DNA from: Lama glama
Lineage: Eukaryota
Assembly: GCA_028534125.1 (NCBI GenBank)
Contig: CM052818.1
Location: 24,988,001 to 25,052,000, forward strand
Direction of reading: 5' to 3'
Length of the DNA stretch: 64,000 nt
The position numbers and the translations under genes were made by a program. Positions 24,043 to 36,348 of the stretch are shown here, piece by piece; position 1 is the first letter of the stretch, and the number at the start of each line of letters is the position of its first letter. A model generated the notes under the pieces. It made no database searches. It saw only the letters and a program-made list of their open reading frames with translations, and was not told the DNA's origin.

Positions 24043-24859
24043 ATCAACGCTAATATCACAAAATGACAACTCAAATCTGGGTAGTTGGTATATGAGTGTC
24101 AGTTATATTTTTTCAGTTATCTTGTATATTTCTTTTTTAATTTAAAAATGGACAGTTCACCAGCAAAAGGACTTCACCTTCTCTACTGTTGTGCCTATTC
24201 ATGGGTTTACTAATGACCAAGGCACGAGTAAGCACATTCTCGGATTAAATGCTAATACCCAACCTCTTCTCATCCCCACACAGGCTATTTTTCCTCACTA
24301 TTACATACATGCATTGCCTTTGGTGCCTGTGGGTGACACTAGCCCCAGGAGACAGGTTACGAGGGAAAGAGGGGGAAATATCAAACCAAACCCTTGTAAG
24401 ACAGGAAGAAACACTTGCTCTGCTAAAGCCCACTTTGGAATGTTCTGTCTCTGTCACCTTGGGCATTTGGATTCATTCTGAGCATCTTCTCCAGATACAA
24501 GTCATTTAGCCAGCCAACAGGAGTAACAATTACTGCTGGCTTAAAAGAGTGGTTGACTACTCCGGTATCTTATTTGCCTGCAGTTCTGGCTCTCTGATAA
24601 ATCAAGTCGGATCAATTTGTACCCTAAAGAGTAAATGGGAGGATGTGAAGTTCAATAGAAAAGCATTTCATTTCAAAAGGTGGTTGTGTAGCATTTCTTT
24701 CAAGATTCACTAGGAATGGGTCAGGGCCGTAGAGAAGAAATGATGGTATCTCAGAGGACAGCTTGGCTTTGCTTCCTACCGAAGCTTTGGGAACAGAGGC
24801 AGGATGTGGGGGAGAACAGAAAGCATGCTCCACTGAAGAGAAGGCCCTAGGTATCCCAC

Positions 24860-25211
24860 TGTCTGCGTCAGTTCAGGATGCTACCACACAATGCTATATG
24901 GACTGGATGGCTTATTGACAACAGAAAGTTATTTCTCATAGTTCTGAAGGACAGAGGTCTGAGATCGGGGTCCTGGTAAGGGCCCTTTTACGGGTTGCAG
25001 ATAGCTGACTTCTCTTTCTATCCTCACGTGGCAGAAAAGAGAGCTAGCTAGCTCTCCAGCCTCTTCTGATAAGGGCACTAACCCCACTCCTGAGGGCTCC
25101 ACCATCATGACCAAATTACTTTCCACAGGCCCCACTTTCAAAGACCATCACATTGGGGTTAGGGTTTCAACATGTGACTTTTGGGAGGACCCAAACATTC
25201 AGTCCATTGTA
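24860..25211 (-). mobile_element. MaLR solo LTR (MLT1A-like)
   Basis: gactggatggctta...caacagaaagttatttctcatagttctg...tcctcacgtggcaga...ataagggcactaacccc...gagggctccaccatcatgacc...catcacattggggttagggtttcaacat...aaacattcagtccat. Confidence 0.92.
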
Positions 25212-25654
25212 CCTGTGTTTAAGGAATATTTTCTTTGTCTCACCAAGAACAGTGAGTCTTCTAAGGGTTAGAAAACATGCTAAAGACTCTAGAGGATGGA
25301 AACCTAATTCTACTTGCAGCCACATCCAGCTCTAGAAAATTATCCCTGAAATGGAACCAAAAAAAAAAAAAAATCCCAGAAAGTTCTGAAGAACAAGAGG
25401 GAAACAGAGGTGGGAAAACATGAGAATCAGTTTGCTCCTTGACATTCCAATGCCTTTTACTTGCCTGTTGGCTGATCTCTTGGCTGAGACACAGCATTGG
25501 GGGTTGGTTCTAGGTTCCTGTGACCGAGGGCTCTCCCTGTGGGATCTGCCTTCTCAGGTGTTACCCAACACTTGAACTCAATCTTCAGGGTCAGATTCAA
25601 CCCCCACTCCTGCACATGTTCCATCCCTTTCACCCTACAGACATTACAGTTGGT

Positions 25655-25915
25655 ACAGAGCAGTTGGGATAATGTGGGGAAAATACTCTGGCTTCGGAGC
25701 CAGGCTGCTGGGGTTCGTTCTCCACTCTGTTGTTCATTACTTGTAAAACCTTGACAAACTACTTATGCTTCAGTTTTGTTATCTGCAACACGACAGGAAT
25801 AGTACCTTCCTCCAAGGGATGTTGTTAAAGGACATGGTGGGTATGACTCTGAACACAAGACCTGGTGTAGATGGAGCACTCCGCAGATGTGCACTGTGAT
25901 TACTGTCGCTATCAT
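25655..25915 (+). mobile_element. MIR SINE
   Basis: ctctggcttcggagccaggctgctggggttc...ccttgacaaactactta tgcttcagttttgttatctgcaa...atagtacc. Confidence 0.8.
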
Positions 25916-26184
25916 CCGCTGCTTTTGCTATGTGACGCTATGTGGTTTCCCATGAAGGACTTGAAGATTTTAAATCCAAATTTTTGTGGGAGGATGTCTG
26001 TTATGTGAATGTCAGATATATCCATTCTAGTGAGCCTCCAACCTCAGAGGTGTCATAAAGGCTCCTTCTGAGTCAATCCCATCCATCATGGAACCGTCAT
26101 CCTTCCTTACATTCATCGCCATGGCACTCAGATATTTGCTCTTGCTCCCCATCTCTACGACACTCTATGTGGGGTAAGTCCCTT

Positions 26185-26420
26185 CATGAGCACCATCGGG
26201 TAGCGATGGACAAGAAGTCTGAAGGCAAGAGTTCTGGTTCTTTCTGTGGTGATAACCAGTTGTATGTGAGCGATTTGTTGTCATCTGTGTCATTTCTGCC
26301 TTTCGGTTTCCTCATCTGTAAAGTGAGGATCATTCTTCATCCTCTATTTACTTCAGAGTCATGAAAAATGAAAACATGAAAGTGAAGGTATGTCGACTTG
26401 TAAAAAGTAAGAAGGAAATG
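26185..26420 (+). mobile_element. MIR SINE (MIR3/MIRc-like)
   Basis: ttctggttctttctgtggtgataaccagttgtatgtga...tgcctttcggtttcctcatctgtaaagtgagg. Confidence 0.75.
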
Positions 26421-27299
26421 CAAGAGACCATGGCTGGTTGGTTATTTATTCTGACGTCTGCAAGTCCTTGAATGCATGAACCCAACAGTCTAACATGGTA
26501 ACACCTAGCATGCAGGAAGTACGTCTGCACAATACTGCTCTCACAGGCCTTGTATTGTAACAGCAAGGGACTTCATAAATATTATCGATGGTGGTGGATC
26601 CCTGGGTAAAGTTTAAAACTTTTCAATACAAACTGCAATTTCTATCTGTCAACTGTTTGTTGCTGCCACATATTACATGAACTTGGCAGATAAAAAGCCT
26701 TGCATCCTTAGATTGGAAACTGACCATGTACAGTTTCTGGTTGGTTCATTTATAGCATTTGTATCTGATTCAAAAGTTTTTATTTTCAAAAAGGATCGCT
26801 GTGGGACAAATAAATTGGGGGCTTGTTTTCCTTTCATTTTAAAGATACAATTGTCATGTAAAGTATTAGCTGACTTTGTGTTTTCTGGCTATATTTTGAA
26901 AGCCCCTAGAGCTGTAGCCAAGCCATCAAAACTTTGTTTGCACAGGAAGTGGCCGCCTCTTACAAACATTTTCTTTGTGTTTCTGTCAAGACTGGGCTAG
27001 GACCTACTGCTATGGTTATCTGCTGCACAGTCCCAACAGAAATGATGCATACAAAGTAAATTGTAATGCTTTACTGGCAACATGCATTTCTTGCTGTTGA
27101 AGACTTACGAACACCCCTCTTCATATCCTTGAGCAATTTGGAGATGATTAATCACCACTCCTGCTTAGAGGATGCAAATACAGGCAACTAGGGAAAATGC
27201 ATTTATTGATATTAATGGGATTTATTTCAGACTTTTTTAAAGTGTTCAGCCTCCCTAGTTATGGTGAGACCAGCACTCTCAGACTCTTTTGTTGCAGGG

Positions 27300-27690
27300 A
27301 AATTACTATGTCCTATCTTCATGCCTCTGCTCATACTGCATCCTCAGCCTGGATATCCCAGTCCTCCATTATTTCTATATCTGTCAAAATCCTTTTATAG
27401 GCCACCTATTCTGTGATGCCTCCTTCCCACCCCAACCCCAATCCAACTCCCCCTCCATTAAGCTCCCATAGCAAAGCATCTTTGCGTGATGTTTATTCTG
27501 CTTTGCCTTTTAATTCTTTGTCTCCTACAGAATTTTGTGGTTCTTGAAGAACTCTGACCTATGTCATTCAGATTTTTCTCTCTCTCTCTCCATACACACA
27601 CACACACGCACACACATGCACAGACACACATATATATACAGCACCTACAGGATGCTTTGCACGTAGTAAATATACAATAAATAATAACTG
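27300..27690 (+). mobile_element. L2 3' fragment with an internal (CA)n-type repeat
   Basis: catgcctctgctcatactgcatcctcagcctggat...caaaatcc...tttgtctcctacag...gttcttgaagaa...cagcacctacagg...gcacgtagtaaatatacaataaata. Confidence 0.75.
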
Positions 27691-27739
27691 ACAGATTATA
27701 ACAGCTGTAATGTGCTCATTTACAAAACATAAAGTTTTA

Positions 27740-28325
27740 AGTACTTCCTATATACTTCCTATATCCTTAATACTTCCTGGCTTGTGCCAGACTCTGAAAT
27801 TGGAAGGAAATAATAAGGATAAATAAGACACAGATTAATGAAGGAGACAGCCATGCCACTAAAAATTACAACACACAGTGATAAATGCTGTTGATAAAAA
27901 TATGCAAAGAAATATGGAAACACAAGAGAGGGAGAGATTAACTCCACCAGGGAGAGTCTAGACAGGCTTCACAGAAAAGGCAAGATTTGAACTTCAATTG
28001 AAAGGGTGAGAGGAATTCACCAGGTGACAGGGACGTGGAGGGTGTGAAAGGCATTAAAAGACAACGGAATCACTTATGAAGAAAATCATAGGGATGTGAA
28101 CATAATGATGGCGGGGGTGGGCTGGCGTCATGTGACTGGAGCGCTGGGCAGGTAGTGGTGAATGAGAGAGACGAGAGAAACGGAGCCAGGCTGTGAACTA
28201 TTTTCCTTGCCAGGCTAAGGCACTTCCCCTTGAGCCAGCAGGCAGGAGACCTGTCTCGGGTTTTGCAGCAGGAGAGAGAAAGCGGATCAGATCAGAGTTT
28301 TACAGTGATCACGCCGGTGGCTGGC
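27740..28325 (-). mobile_element. L2 fragment
   Basis: tgtgccagactctg...aaataagacacag...gataaatgctg...atggaaacacaagagaggg...aggcttcacagaaaagg...tgccaggctaagg. Confidence 0.8.
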
Positions 28326-29254
28326 AGCTCCACTGACCATCACTTTTAGCCCTCATTTCCGTTCCCCACCCCTGACACTGGTGTTTCACTGTGCTCTGGG
28401 GAATTTAGAGCAAATGAGGATGAGCTCCCAGGAACTGTTAATTCCCTTTAACGCTTCAGTCCAAAGCAGTCAGATTCTCAGAATACAAATTTACTGTTGC
28501 ATACTTTCACGTAGACAATCACAGTAAAATAAATGTTGTTAATTAGTGTTGGTCTTAAAGACTAACAGTTTTTAATCCTGCCCCACCCACCTCAACCTTC
28601 CCTGTGAAATAGCATTGCCTTTATAAGGAGTCAGAGAGGAAGGGAATGGGGCAAGTGAAATGTATGAATAAAGCAAGCACAGAAGTTTAATTAAGTGAAG
28701 CTCTGCCAGCTGCTGTGAATGTGACCCCACAGCCATATTTTGTTTGTATTTCAAATCATCCTTTCTAAAGAAAGAGAAGAAACGTGCCTGGTAAGAATCT
28801 TCCTACACTCCTCTCCCCACCACCCCATACACACCCATATACACACTGTTAGGCAAAGTAGATTTAATTTTTCTCAGACCAACAGTAAGAGGCAGTGGGA
28901 GCAGCTGGCAGTGACCCTCCGAGCCTTGCTAATAGCACCTAAAGTGCTTCACGGATCCTGCAGGGAGTAGAAATATCCTAAAGTTTCCAAAACAGGAAAG
29001 AAGCAGCGGGGGGTGAAGGATGCTCTGATTCTCAATTGGTTCTGCCACCCCTTGGCTAGTCTTAAAGCACAGGGAGGGTCCTCGCCATAAGCTACAAACA
29101 CTAATTTCATAAATGCCAGGCTCTGTTTTTCAGGACCATAATCCTTTGGCAGCCCAGGATGCAAAGATCTCATTCCAGATCACCAGTTTCCTTTTTCCGT
29201 GCCCTTTGAGGGGAAACAATTAGCCTGTTCATTTTAACTGTTGACTTATCTGTA

Positions 29255-29495
29255 GCCAGTGAGAGCAACCGTTCAAGTTTGGACTTGGAAGTCAGACCTC
29301 CCGGGTTCTGATCTTTAATCCACAACTTTCTTTGTGCTTTGGGGCAAGTTACTTACCCCATCTAGACCTTGAGTCGCTTATCTGCAAATGAAAGTAAAGA
29401 AAGCACCTAGCCCAAAAGTTATTATGAGAATGAAATAATATGATTGATGTGTCTGGCACCGAATGAGGACCTTGTAAATGTTAGCATCATCAGCA
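29255..29495 (+). mobile_element. MIR SINE
   Basis: ggacttggaagtcagacc...ggggcaagttacttacccc...atctgcaaatgaaag...gttattatgagaatgaaat...tctggcac. Confidence 0.85.
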
Positions 29496-29574
29496 AGTGT
29501 CAACAAAACCTTCTTGCCTACTACTTCTTCTCTAGTAATGCTAATTAGTGTGAATTGGTTTATCAAGTTGCTTT

Positions 29575-29760
29575 AGAAATAGAACTATAGAATCTGGGTC
29601 ATAAAAAAAAGTCAAAGAACGCCAAATTCAACTTCTCTGCTCTTCAGAGAAGGAAACTGAAGTTCAGTGACCTGCCCTCGAGCCCCTGCCTCTTTAGTGG
29701 CCAAACTGGGACCGGAGCCCAGGACCCCCAGTTCTAGTTGAGTGCCCTTTCCACCATGTC
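29575..29760 (-). mobile_element. MIR SINE
   Basis: ttcagagaaggaaactgaag...agtgacctgccc...ttagtggccaaactgggaccggagcccagg...gtgccctttccacc. Confidence 0.8.
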
Positions 29761-29850
29761 ATGCTTTGCTCTGAAAAAAGAACCTGAAAACACAGAAGGT
29801 CACTGAGTACCTGACCCAGCTGTCACCCAGCCCCTAGGCAGTGCTGAGCT

Positions 29851-29962
29851 TAGGGTCAGACGGAACAGTTGCTGGAGTTTTCTCAGCATGAGGGGGTTCC
29901 TGGGACACAGCACTTTCAGCTCTAAAACCAGTGGTAGGTAAGCTGGACAGTTGGTCACCTTA
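29851..29962 (+). mobile_element. MER94-like hAT-Blackjack MITE
   Basis: gagggggttcctgggacacagcactttcagctctaaaacc...ggacagttggtcacctta. Confidence 0.7.
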
Positions 29963-32804
29963 CTTAAGGCAGACCTTCAGTAAGTATTTATGGACCAGGG
30001 GAATGAATGTCTCCCAAGTGCCAGTTAAGTGCTGTGTATGAAGGTGCTGCCTTATGCTGGGACAGGGAGACACGTAAGGAAAAGAGAAAGGAGGGGTCTT
30101 CCTTTGTGTCGACAATGAGAAAGTCTGGCCAGAAAACCGTATCTTCTTGGTTAAAAGGAAAGTCTCTCAAAATGGATCCGTCATGAGAAAAGAAAAACTG
30201 AAAAGTAAAGACAAACCATGATGGACTTTATCTAAAGCAAAAAGCAGAAGGTTAGCCAATACAACACAGCCACAGCCGGGGTCGGGTAGGGGGCTGGCTG
30301 GCCCTGGTTCACTTTTCTATTGAGGCCCCTTCTTAGTGGGACTGGGAATGAGGCTGGGGCTCTCCCTTCAGTGTGGGGAGGGACAGCGGCACTGCTCCAG
30401 GGCAGGGACACGCCATGTCTGCACCTCTAATGGCTGGTGGCACAGGAGACGCTAGTAGAAAAGACAGCTTCAAACCTGGAGAATTAGCCCTGCCTGGAAG
30501 ATAGAAATGGAAGGACAGAAGGAAAAATACAGCCAGCCAGCTAGTCACTTTCAGAATAATTAAAGGATTCTTATATTGTGAGTCACAGGCAGTCTAGAAA
30601 ACAATCATAAAGTACAAAGCAATATTTTAAGGCCCAGGATTTGCTGGGCATAAACAGCCATCACTGTCCTTCCAAAACAAAACAGTATTTCCCCTGAAAC
30701 CGCGTGCTGCATTAAACTGGTAAAATAAGTGCCTTTCCACCACAATTACATAAAACCAGTATTAGCAGTATGGTTTTTGCTCAGTCAGTGGGTTAAACCC
30801 TGAAACACTAGAAGATATGTATTCCCCTTTTATTAATAACAGTTCACTGTACAAACTCCACCTGATAGTGAGAGGTAACAATCCTGCCCACTGATAATTT
30901 TAAATTTCTTTTTGAAACGTTTCCAATTCTACAAAACACTCTTTCAGCTGAGCCTGGGGAAATCACAGCCCCTTTCTGGACCTGAGCCTTACCCTGGACT
31001 TGGTGAGTAGAATCACTCATTCCTGTTCTTCCATTCTATTCTAGGACCATGTAATGATGGAAACATTTTGCCTATACTCTCAACACAGTTTTAGACCATT
31101 CTTAGAACTTGTCATTTGTAATAGACCCAGCCAGGGAAAGAGGAATGGGACAGGTGCCCTGAGCTGCTAGAAGCTGGGTTGAGGAGCCCAGCAGATGGAC
31201 TTGCTGCAATTCACCAGCCAACCCTCCAAACACCAGATGTGGATAAAGGGTCAGAGAGGTTGCCATCTGCCTGTCCTCATCCAATAGCTTTACTTGTTTC
31301 TGTGGCCAATTCATGCACAAGTTATTCTTGCAGCTGGATCAAGACCACTGAACCAGAAAGAACAAGGTCCACACGCCCCGTGATGAAGTTTGGCAGCAAG
31401 TCAGGGATTTCCTTCCCCAGCAGGACTCTGGATCTGGATCCCTCCAACATGAACTCAACCTGTGGTTCATTCCCACCCCCATCAATAGTATACTTTTTCT
31501 GACCTGCCACGACTGCTTCTCCTGCTGCTTAACTAAGTATGCTAAGCGGAGCGAAGAGTAGGCAAAATGTAGTAGTAAGTGGACTCTGCCTGAGAGAGTT
31601 CCTGCATTCCTCGTTGAGCATGATGTTGGCTATGCTGGCTACCCCTTCCTTCTGCCTCAAGGTCAACAGGACACCACAACCTGGGCACCCCAGCTAGAAG
31701 TGCTACTTCCATGGTATTACGCTCTGGCCCTTTCCAGAACCGTGTTCCTTCTTTGGCATTACCTCTCTCCCTCCCATTTTTTCAGTGCCTTTATGGCCCA
31801 CAATCTAATGAATCTTAGTTAATGTAGATGCCAGAAAAGGATCTGCTATATTTGCAACTTTAAGTCCTTCACGTTTATAAAATAGAGAAGTTATATAATA
31901 GTGGGACCAATGTCTCATCCAAAACCCTCTTCCAAAGTAGTAGAGCTGAGGTTCAAAGTCGTCTAACTCTAACTCCAATTCTCCCAACAATGCAAATAGA
32001 TGGAAACACACTTAAATATCTTAAGATATTTTCCTTAAGACGTGCTAGCTCTTTTTGATCTGATGTCCTCGGTCTTTCTCTAGCAATGCCTTATTTTGAG
32101 GTATGCAATTGAGCAAGGAAAATCTGGTAGCTGTTTGCAATACTCTCCAGTAGAACTCTGCTTCTGTAGGGGATCGATGATGTAAAATAGCACGTTGCTT
32201 CAATTGCTTTCATCCTGAGGGACAGTCACTACTATACTGTGACAACTCTGAACAAGGAGCCTTTTCCATTGCTGCTTATGCATACTTTTCTAGATCACAA
32301 CCCAGGATACAAACAAGCCTAAGGACTTCTGAGGACATTTCCAGCCAACTGAGCAGAGCATTTCCCAGAATGTCAATGAAGTTGTGTGATATCAGGAGAA
32401 CTTGAATAAATAATCACAGATAAATAATTCCTGGCTCCCTGAGCCATGATTGTAGAACAGGATCTTACTGCTTTCTCCCCATCTCCTCAAGGCATTCTCT
32501 TCGCCCAGAGAGTCCCAACAGCCTGATACGAGGCTGATAATGTCAAGAACACTACCCTTTGTTTTAGTTGGGAAGAAGTTCTGGCAATTTAGCAAGTACA
32601 GACCCATGAAAGAGAATGCAGAGGGTTTGGAGACATTTCATCAGTAAGAAAGATGCTAGCATATTTCTTGGAGCAAGTTGTTTTGGTTTTCTTTTCCCCT
32701 CTGTATACAAAGTCCTGTGAATTTCTTCTTAGGAAGAGAAACAGAAGACTGGGGTAAGTGATGGGGAAACCATTCTGTAACTGTTTCTTTTGTCTCCTAT
32801 CTCC

Positions 32805-33009
32805 ACTTCAGACTTTCTTCACTTTCACTAGAGATAGGAAAGTTATTCTGTAAATCTAAAAAAAATTTTTTGAAAAGATAGAATCAAGTATTTCTTAGAC
32901 TTCAGACTTTCTTCACTCAGACTTTCTTCACTTTTCTTTCATTAGAGATAGGAAAGTAATTTTATGAATCTAAAAAAAATTTTTTAAGATAGAATCAAAT
33001 ATTTCTTAG
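32805..33009 (+). repeat. Local tandem duplication (94 bp + 111 bp copies)
   Basis: acttcagactttcttcact...agagataggaaagt...aatctaaaaaaaatttttt...aagatagaatcaa.tatttcttag occurs twice head-to-tail (32805-32898, 32899-33009). Confidence 0.95.
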
Positions 33010-33559
33010 AAGCTCTTTCAATGATTATGCAAAATATGGAAGTGCTGCATACGTTGTCCAGAAGTCAGGGTTAGAAGAGAATCCAATTGGTTTCAGGATC
33101 ATTTACAAATGAAAAGTCAAGAGACCAAGAGCTTTGGACAAAATGGGGGGAGGGGAGTGTCAGTGGGTTGCTGTGGTCACGAGCAAGCAGAGGTATAGGA
33201 ATCAAAAAGTCAAGTGCAAGAGGAAGGAGTGAGTAGCTCCCATGGGTCAGGGCAGGCAAGGGTCAGGAGCCAAGAAGTCAAGTCCATCCAAGGAATGGCA
33301 CTAGGAAGAAGAAACCCTTTCCAGTGGGCCTCACCCTGGGTCACAAGTTCCATTCCCTTTTATTTACAAATCCTGCCTACATAGAAACCAGCCTGGGGGT
33401 GAGTCCAGTAAGCAAGTGGGTATTTCTGATAAAGAAGAAAAGGAAACAAAAATTAAAGAACCCCAGAAGCATGCCAAACATTTGACATACTTGTTAGTTT
33501 TCACAGCTCTTTGAGAGAAAATGTATGTCACATTTTCTGGTTACCTCTCACCTTTTGTG

Positions 33560-34045
33560 TATTTTGCTATATGAGTTCTGCCTCCCTAAAGTCAGAAAAT
33601 TTGCTTCCCCAGAGACCTTGGCAGCTAGAACACAGGCATGAAGCCTTGGATTGGCCATGAAGATGCACCCAGGCAACAGTTTAATCAGAAAACATGAGCC
33701 AGAGGAAGGAGGTGGTGCCCTGTGACCCTTTTGCTGACAAGGGTGGTGGCAAGGGGCGTCCATTCTCCTGAGGTGCCAGTTGTTGTGAGATCAGTCCTGG
33801 CCCAGAAGTATGAGTACCGGCAGGGTTGTGGGAGAGTGTGCCTTCCCGGCAGCCTTTCTGTGCTCTGGGGAAAAGCAGGGTCAGCAGCTTCCTTACTGGG
33901 TCACTTCTGCAGCATGGTCTCAGGCTTTGATCCCAGAAGCTCAGCCTCAAGCCTGCTCTGGTCCTGCCAACTGTTTCGTGAGCTACCCCACAGCCTTTCT
34001 GCTTAATCAGCACAAGTCAGCTGCTATTGCTTATAATTAAGAGCC
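33560..34045 (+). mobile_element. ERVL solo LTR (LTR33/LTR16-like)
   Basis: ttgcttcccagagaccttggcagctag...ggcatg...ttggcca...agatgcacc...gtgagctacccc...cctttctgcttaatcagc...agtcag...ctattgcttataattaagagcc. Confidence 0.7.
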
Positions 34046-34069
34046 TTGTGTGTTTAGAGATCAGTATTG

Positions 34070-34230
34070 CTACCGTCCCTTCTTACTGAGTGGAGACCAA
34101 AAATTGAAAAATGGTAAGAAACCAAAATGAAAGAAGAAAAGTTAAGTAATTTGCCCAAGGGCCTCTAGCTCATAAGTAGCAGAGGCAGGATTTGAAGCCA
34201 GGACAATCTGACTATAAAATGTGTGTTGCT
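34070..34230 (-). mobile_element. MIR SINE
   Basis: gttaagtaatttgcccaagg...cagaggcaggatttgaagccagg...tctgact. Confidence 0.85.
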
Positions 34231-35255
34231 TCCCATTTAAAACTAGAAAAAGCTTAGGGAAGGAGCACTTACGTGGGGTGAGGTAGGGAACATCTTCCAT
34301 TTCCACCAACTCTAGATACCTTAGTAATTGGGACACCTTTTTCTCTTTGCTTGTGCTCAGTCCCTTTTCTGACTTAACTGTGTGCCAATAAGCATATGGG
34401 TGATGCTAAAGATAAACCAGCACCACCAATTTCCATTGCTACCTTCAAATATTGCCGTTCACAGTTTATGAGGGGTGGGACCACTATCTGTGGATTGCTG
34501 AGGAGGTGGCCAACTGTGGCATTTGTTTACCATTGCTTTTGATGAGTCACAGCGGGTGATGCATTATTCATAAACTCTAGGTTTGGAGAAAGTTCCCTGG
34601 CTCAATTTCTGCTCATTGGCTCCTCTGATCCAACACTGAAACAAACAGCAGCAGATAATGAGGTGTATAGCCTCACCTGCGCTCTCTAATTGTATGAACC
34701 CAGAGAACCACAAAGAGAGGTTGGAAGATTGAGTTTTAATTCAGAGTCCTCCCATGTATATTAAAAAATGAAAACCGGGCATACTGATAGGAGACTAACA
34801 AATTGGAAATAATCTCTTAGGCACCTGAAAATGCCAATATCCCTTAAGGTGAAAAAATTAAAACAAAAAAGATCCCAGGCAGGTGCTAGAAGTTAGAACA
34901 GTTGCAACCCCAAAATATGAAGCAGCAGAAATCTGTCTTCAGGCCCTCAAACTCCCCTCCTTTCCTCCTCTATTCCTAATGATGCTCTCAACCCTTCCAC
35001 CCCTCAAACACCTAGACTGAATTCTCTCTCCAAACTCAACAGCCCACTCACCTTCACACCACGATACAAATGCCTTATAACAACTTAAAAACTACTCCTT
35101 CCCAGGTATTTACACTTAAACTCAATAAAAATCTTAAATACAGGGATTATATTTTGTAGTAGACATCAGTCATTTGTAGTTGCCCCCAAATCCTTATTTT
35201 GCACCCATACAAAAATAGTATTCTTTGATATATACATAAAAAGTAGATAACATAT

Positions 35256-35771
35256 TGTAATGGCTAGTTTTACTTGTCAATTTCACAGGGGTCAAGGGGT
35301 GCCCAGATATTTGGTTTAAACATTATTTTGGGGTGTGACTGTGAGAGTGCTTCTGGACAAGATCAGCATTTGAATTGGTAGATTGACTAAAGCCGACTGC
35401 CATTCCCTGGTGGATGGAGGCTTGAGTAGCATAAAAGGCTGAGAAAGAGTTCTCCTTTGGACTGATGGTGTTTGAGCTGAGCCTTCCGACTCAGGCTGCA
35501 ACCATATCATTGGCTATCCTGGGTCTCCACCTTGTCCACTGCAAATCTTGGGACCTCTGAGCCTCTATAATCACATAAGCTAATTCCTTGTAGTAAATCT
35601 CTAGACAGATAGATAGAAATATAGAAAGACAGAAAGACAGAAAGAAAGACAAAAAGAAAGAAAGACAAAAAGAAAGAAAGACAGAAAGAAAGAAAGACAG
35701 AAAGAAAGAAAGAAAGAAAAAGAAAAATCCACCCTATTGGTCTGTTTCTCTGGAGAACCCAGACTAATACA
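35256..35771 (+). mobile_element. ERVL solo LTR MLT2 (B/D-like) with internal (GAAA/GACA)n repeat
   Basis: tgtaatggctagttttacttgtcaa...gggtgcccagatatttgg...cctattggtctgtttctctggagaacccagactaataca; TG...CA ends; TSD catat / cacat. Confidence 0.93.
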
Positions 35772-35959
35772 CACATGTATTCACTATGAAGTATTAGAAA
35801 ACAGCAAATCCTTGTGGACCTATCACCAACCCAAGAATTAAGTTGCTATTGCTCTACCCTTTTCTCTCCAGCCTCTTTCTCAGATATCCAAAAATATTTT
35901 GAATACCTTCTTAACATTTTGATAGTCCCTCACTCTATAGATCCTGCCTTCTCGACAAC

Positions 35960-36348
35960 AAATAAACAAATAGAAAATTGTATGTCCCAGTTCTCCCCAT
36001 CCAGGATCCTAGAGAGATTGCTATTCCACCAGTCAGATGCACCCATAGTAAACTGATTCAAAACTAAGTTGCATGGGGAAGAGGCGGGACGTGAGGCATT
36101 CATATTTCTAACATGGAGTGGAACCAGCAGAGTGGTGGCCTCCTGGTCATAGCAGATGCTGTAACTCCTTTGGAAGGTCATTTTGGAATATGGAAGTGCA
36201 CACTGGGGTTACTCCTGGAAGCTTACCTACAAGCTGTCTCTCCAACCTTTGTAATGATTCTTTAAGCTCTTTATTCCCCTGTAAATTCCTTTCTGCTTGA
36301 AGTAACCAAAGAAAATTCATCGACAACTAAAGAGCTCTGACCAATACA
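35960..36348 (+). mobile_element. ERVL 5' LTR (LTR33-like), 3' part
   Basis: tgtcccagttctcc...ccaccagtcagatgcacc...taaattcctttctgcttgaagtaacca...ctgaccaataca, followed directly by a degenerate tRNA-Leu-type PBS (aattggactataagtggttg). Confidence 0.7.

Larger units (their letters stand above)
23260..24150 (+). mobile_element. L1ME-type fossil interrupted by a SINE and a (GAAG)n repeat
   Basis: aacaatttggtaatagctagtaaa...acccagcaattcca...gtattgcagcattgtttgtagtagga...aatacaatgcagcagttaaaatcactgaactagatc. Confidence 0.75.

Noticed and set aside
23778..24145. Low-complexity ORFs (PSFL / KEGR repeats), and similarly 35507-35776
   Set aside because: Translations of microsatellites.
33040..33330. 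Possible ancient Gypsy-like LTR fragment
   Set aside because: Only a vague resemblance (repeated gggtcagg/aagtcaag motifs); I cannot support a family call.
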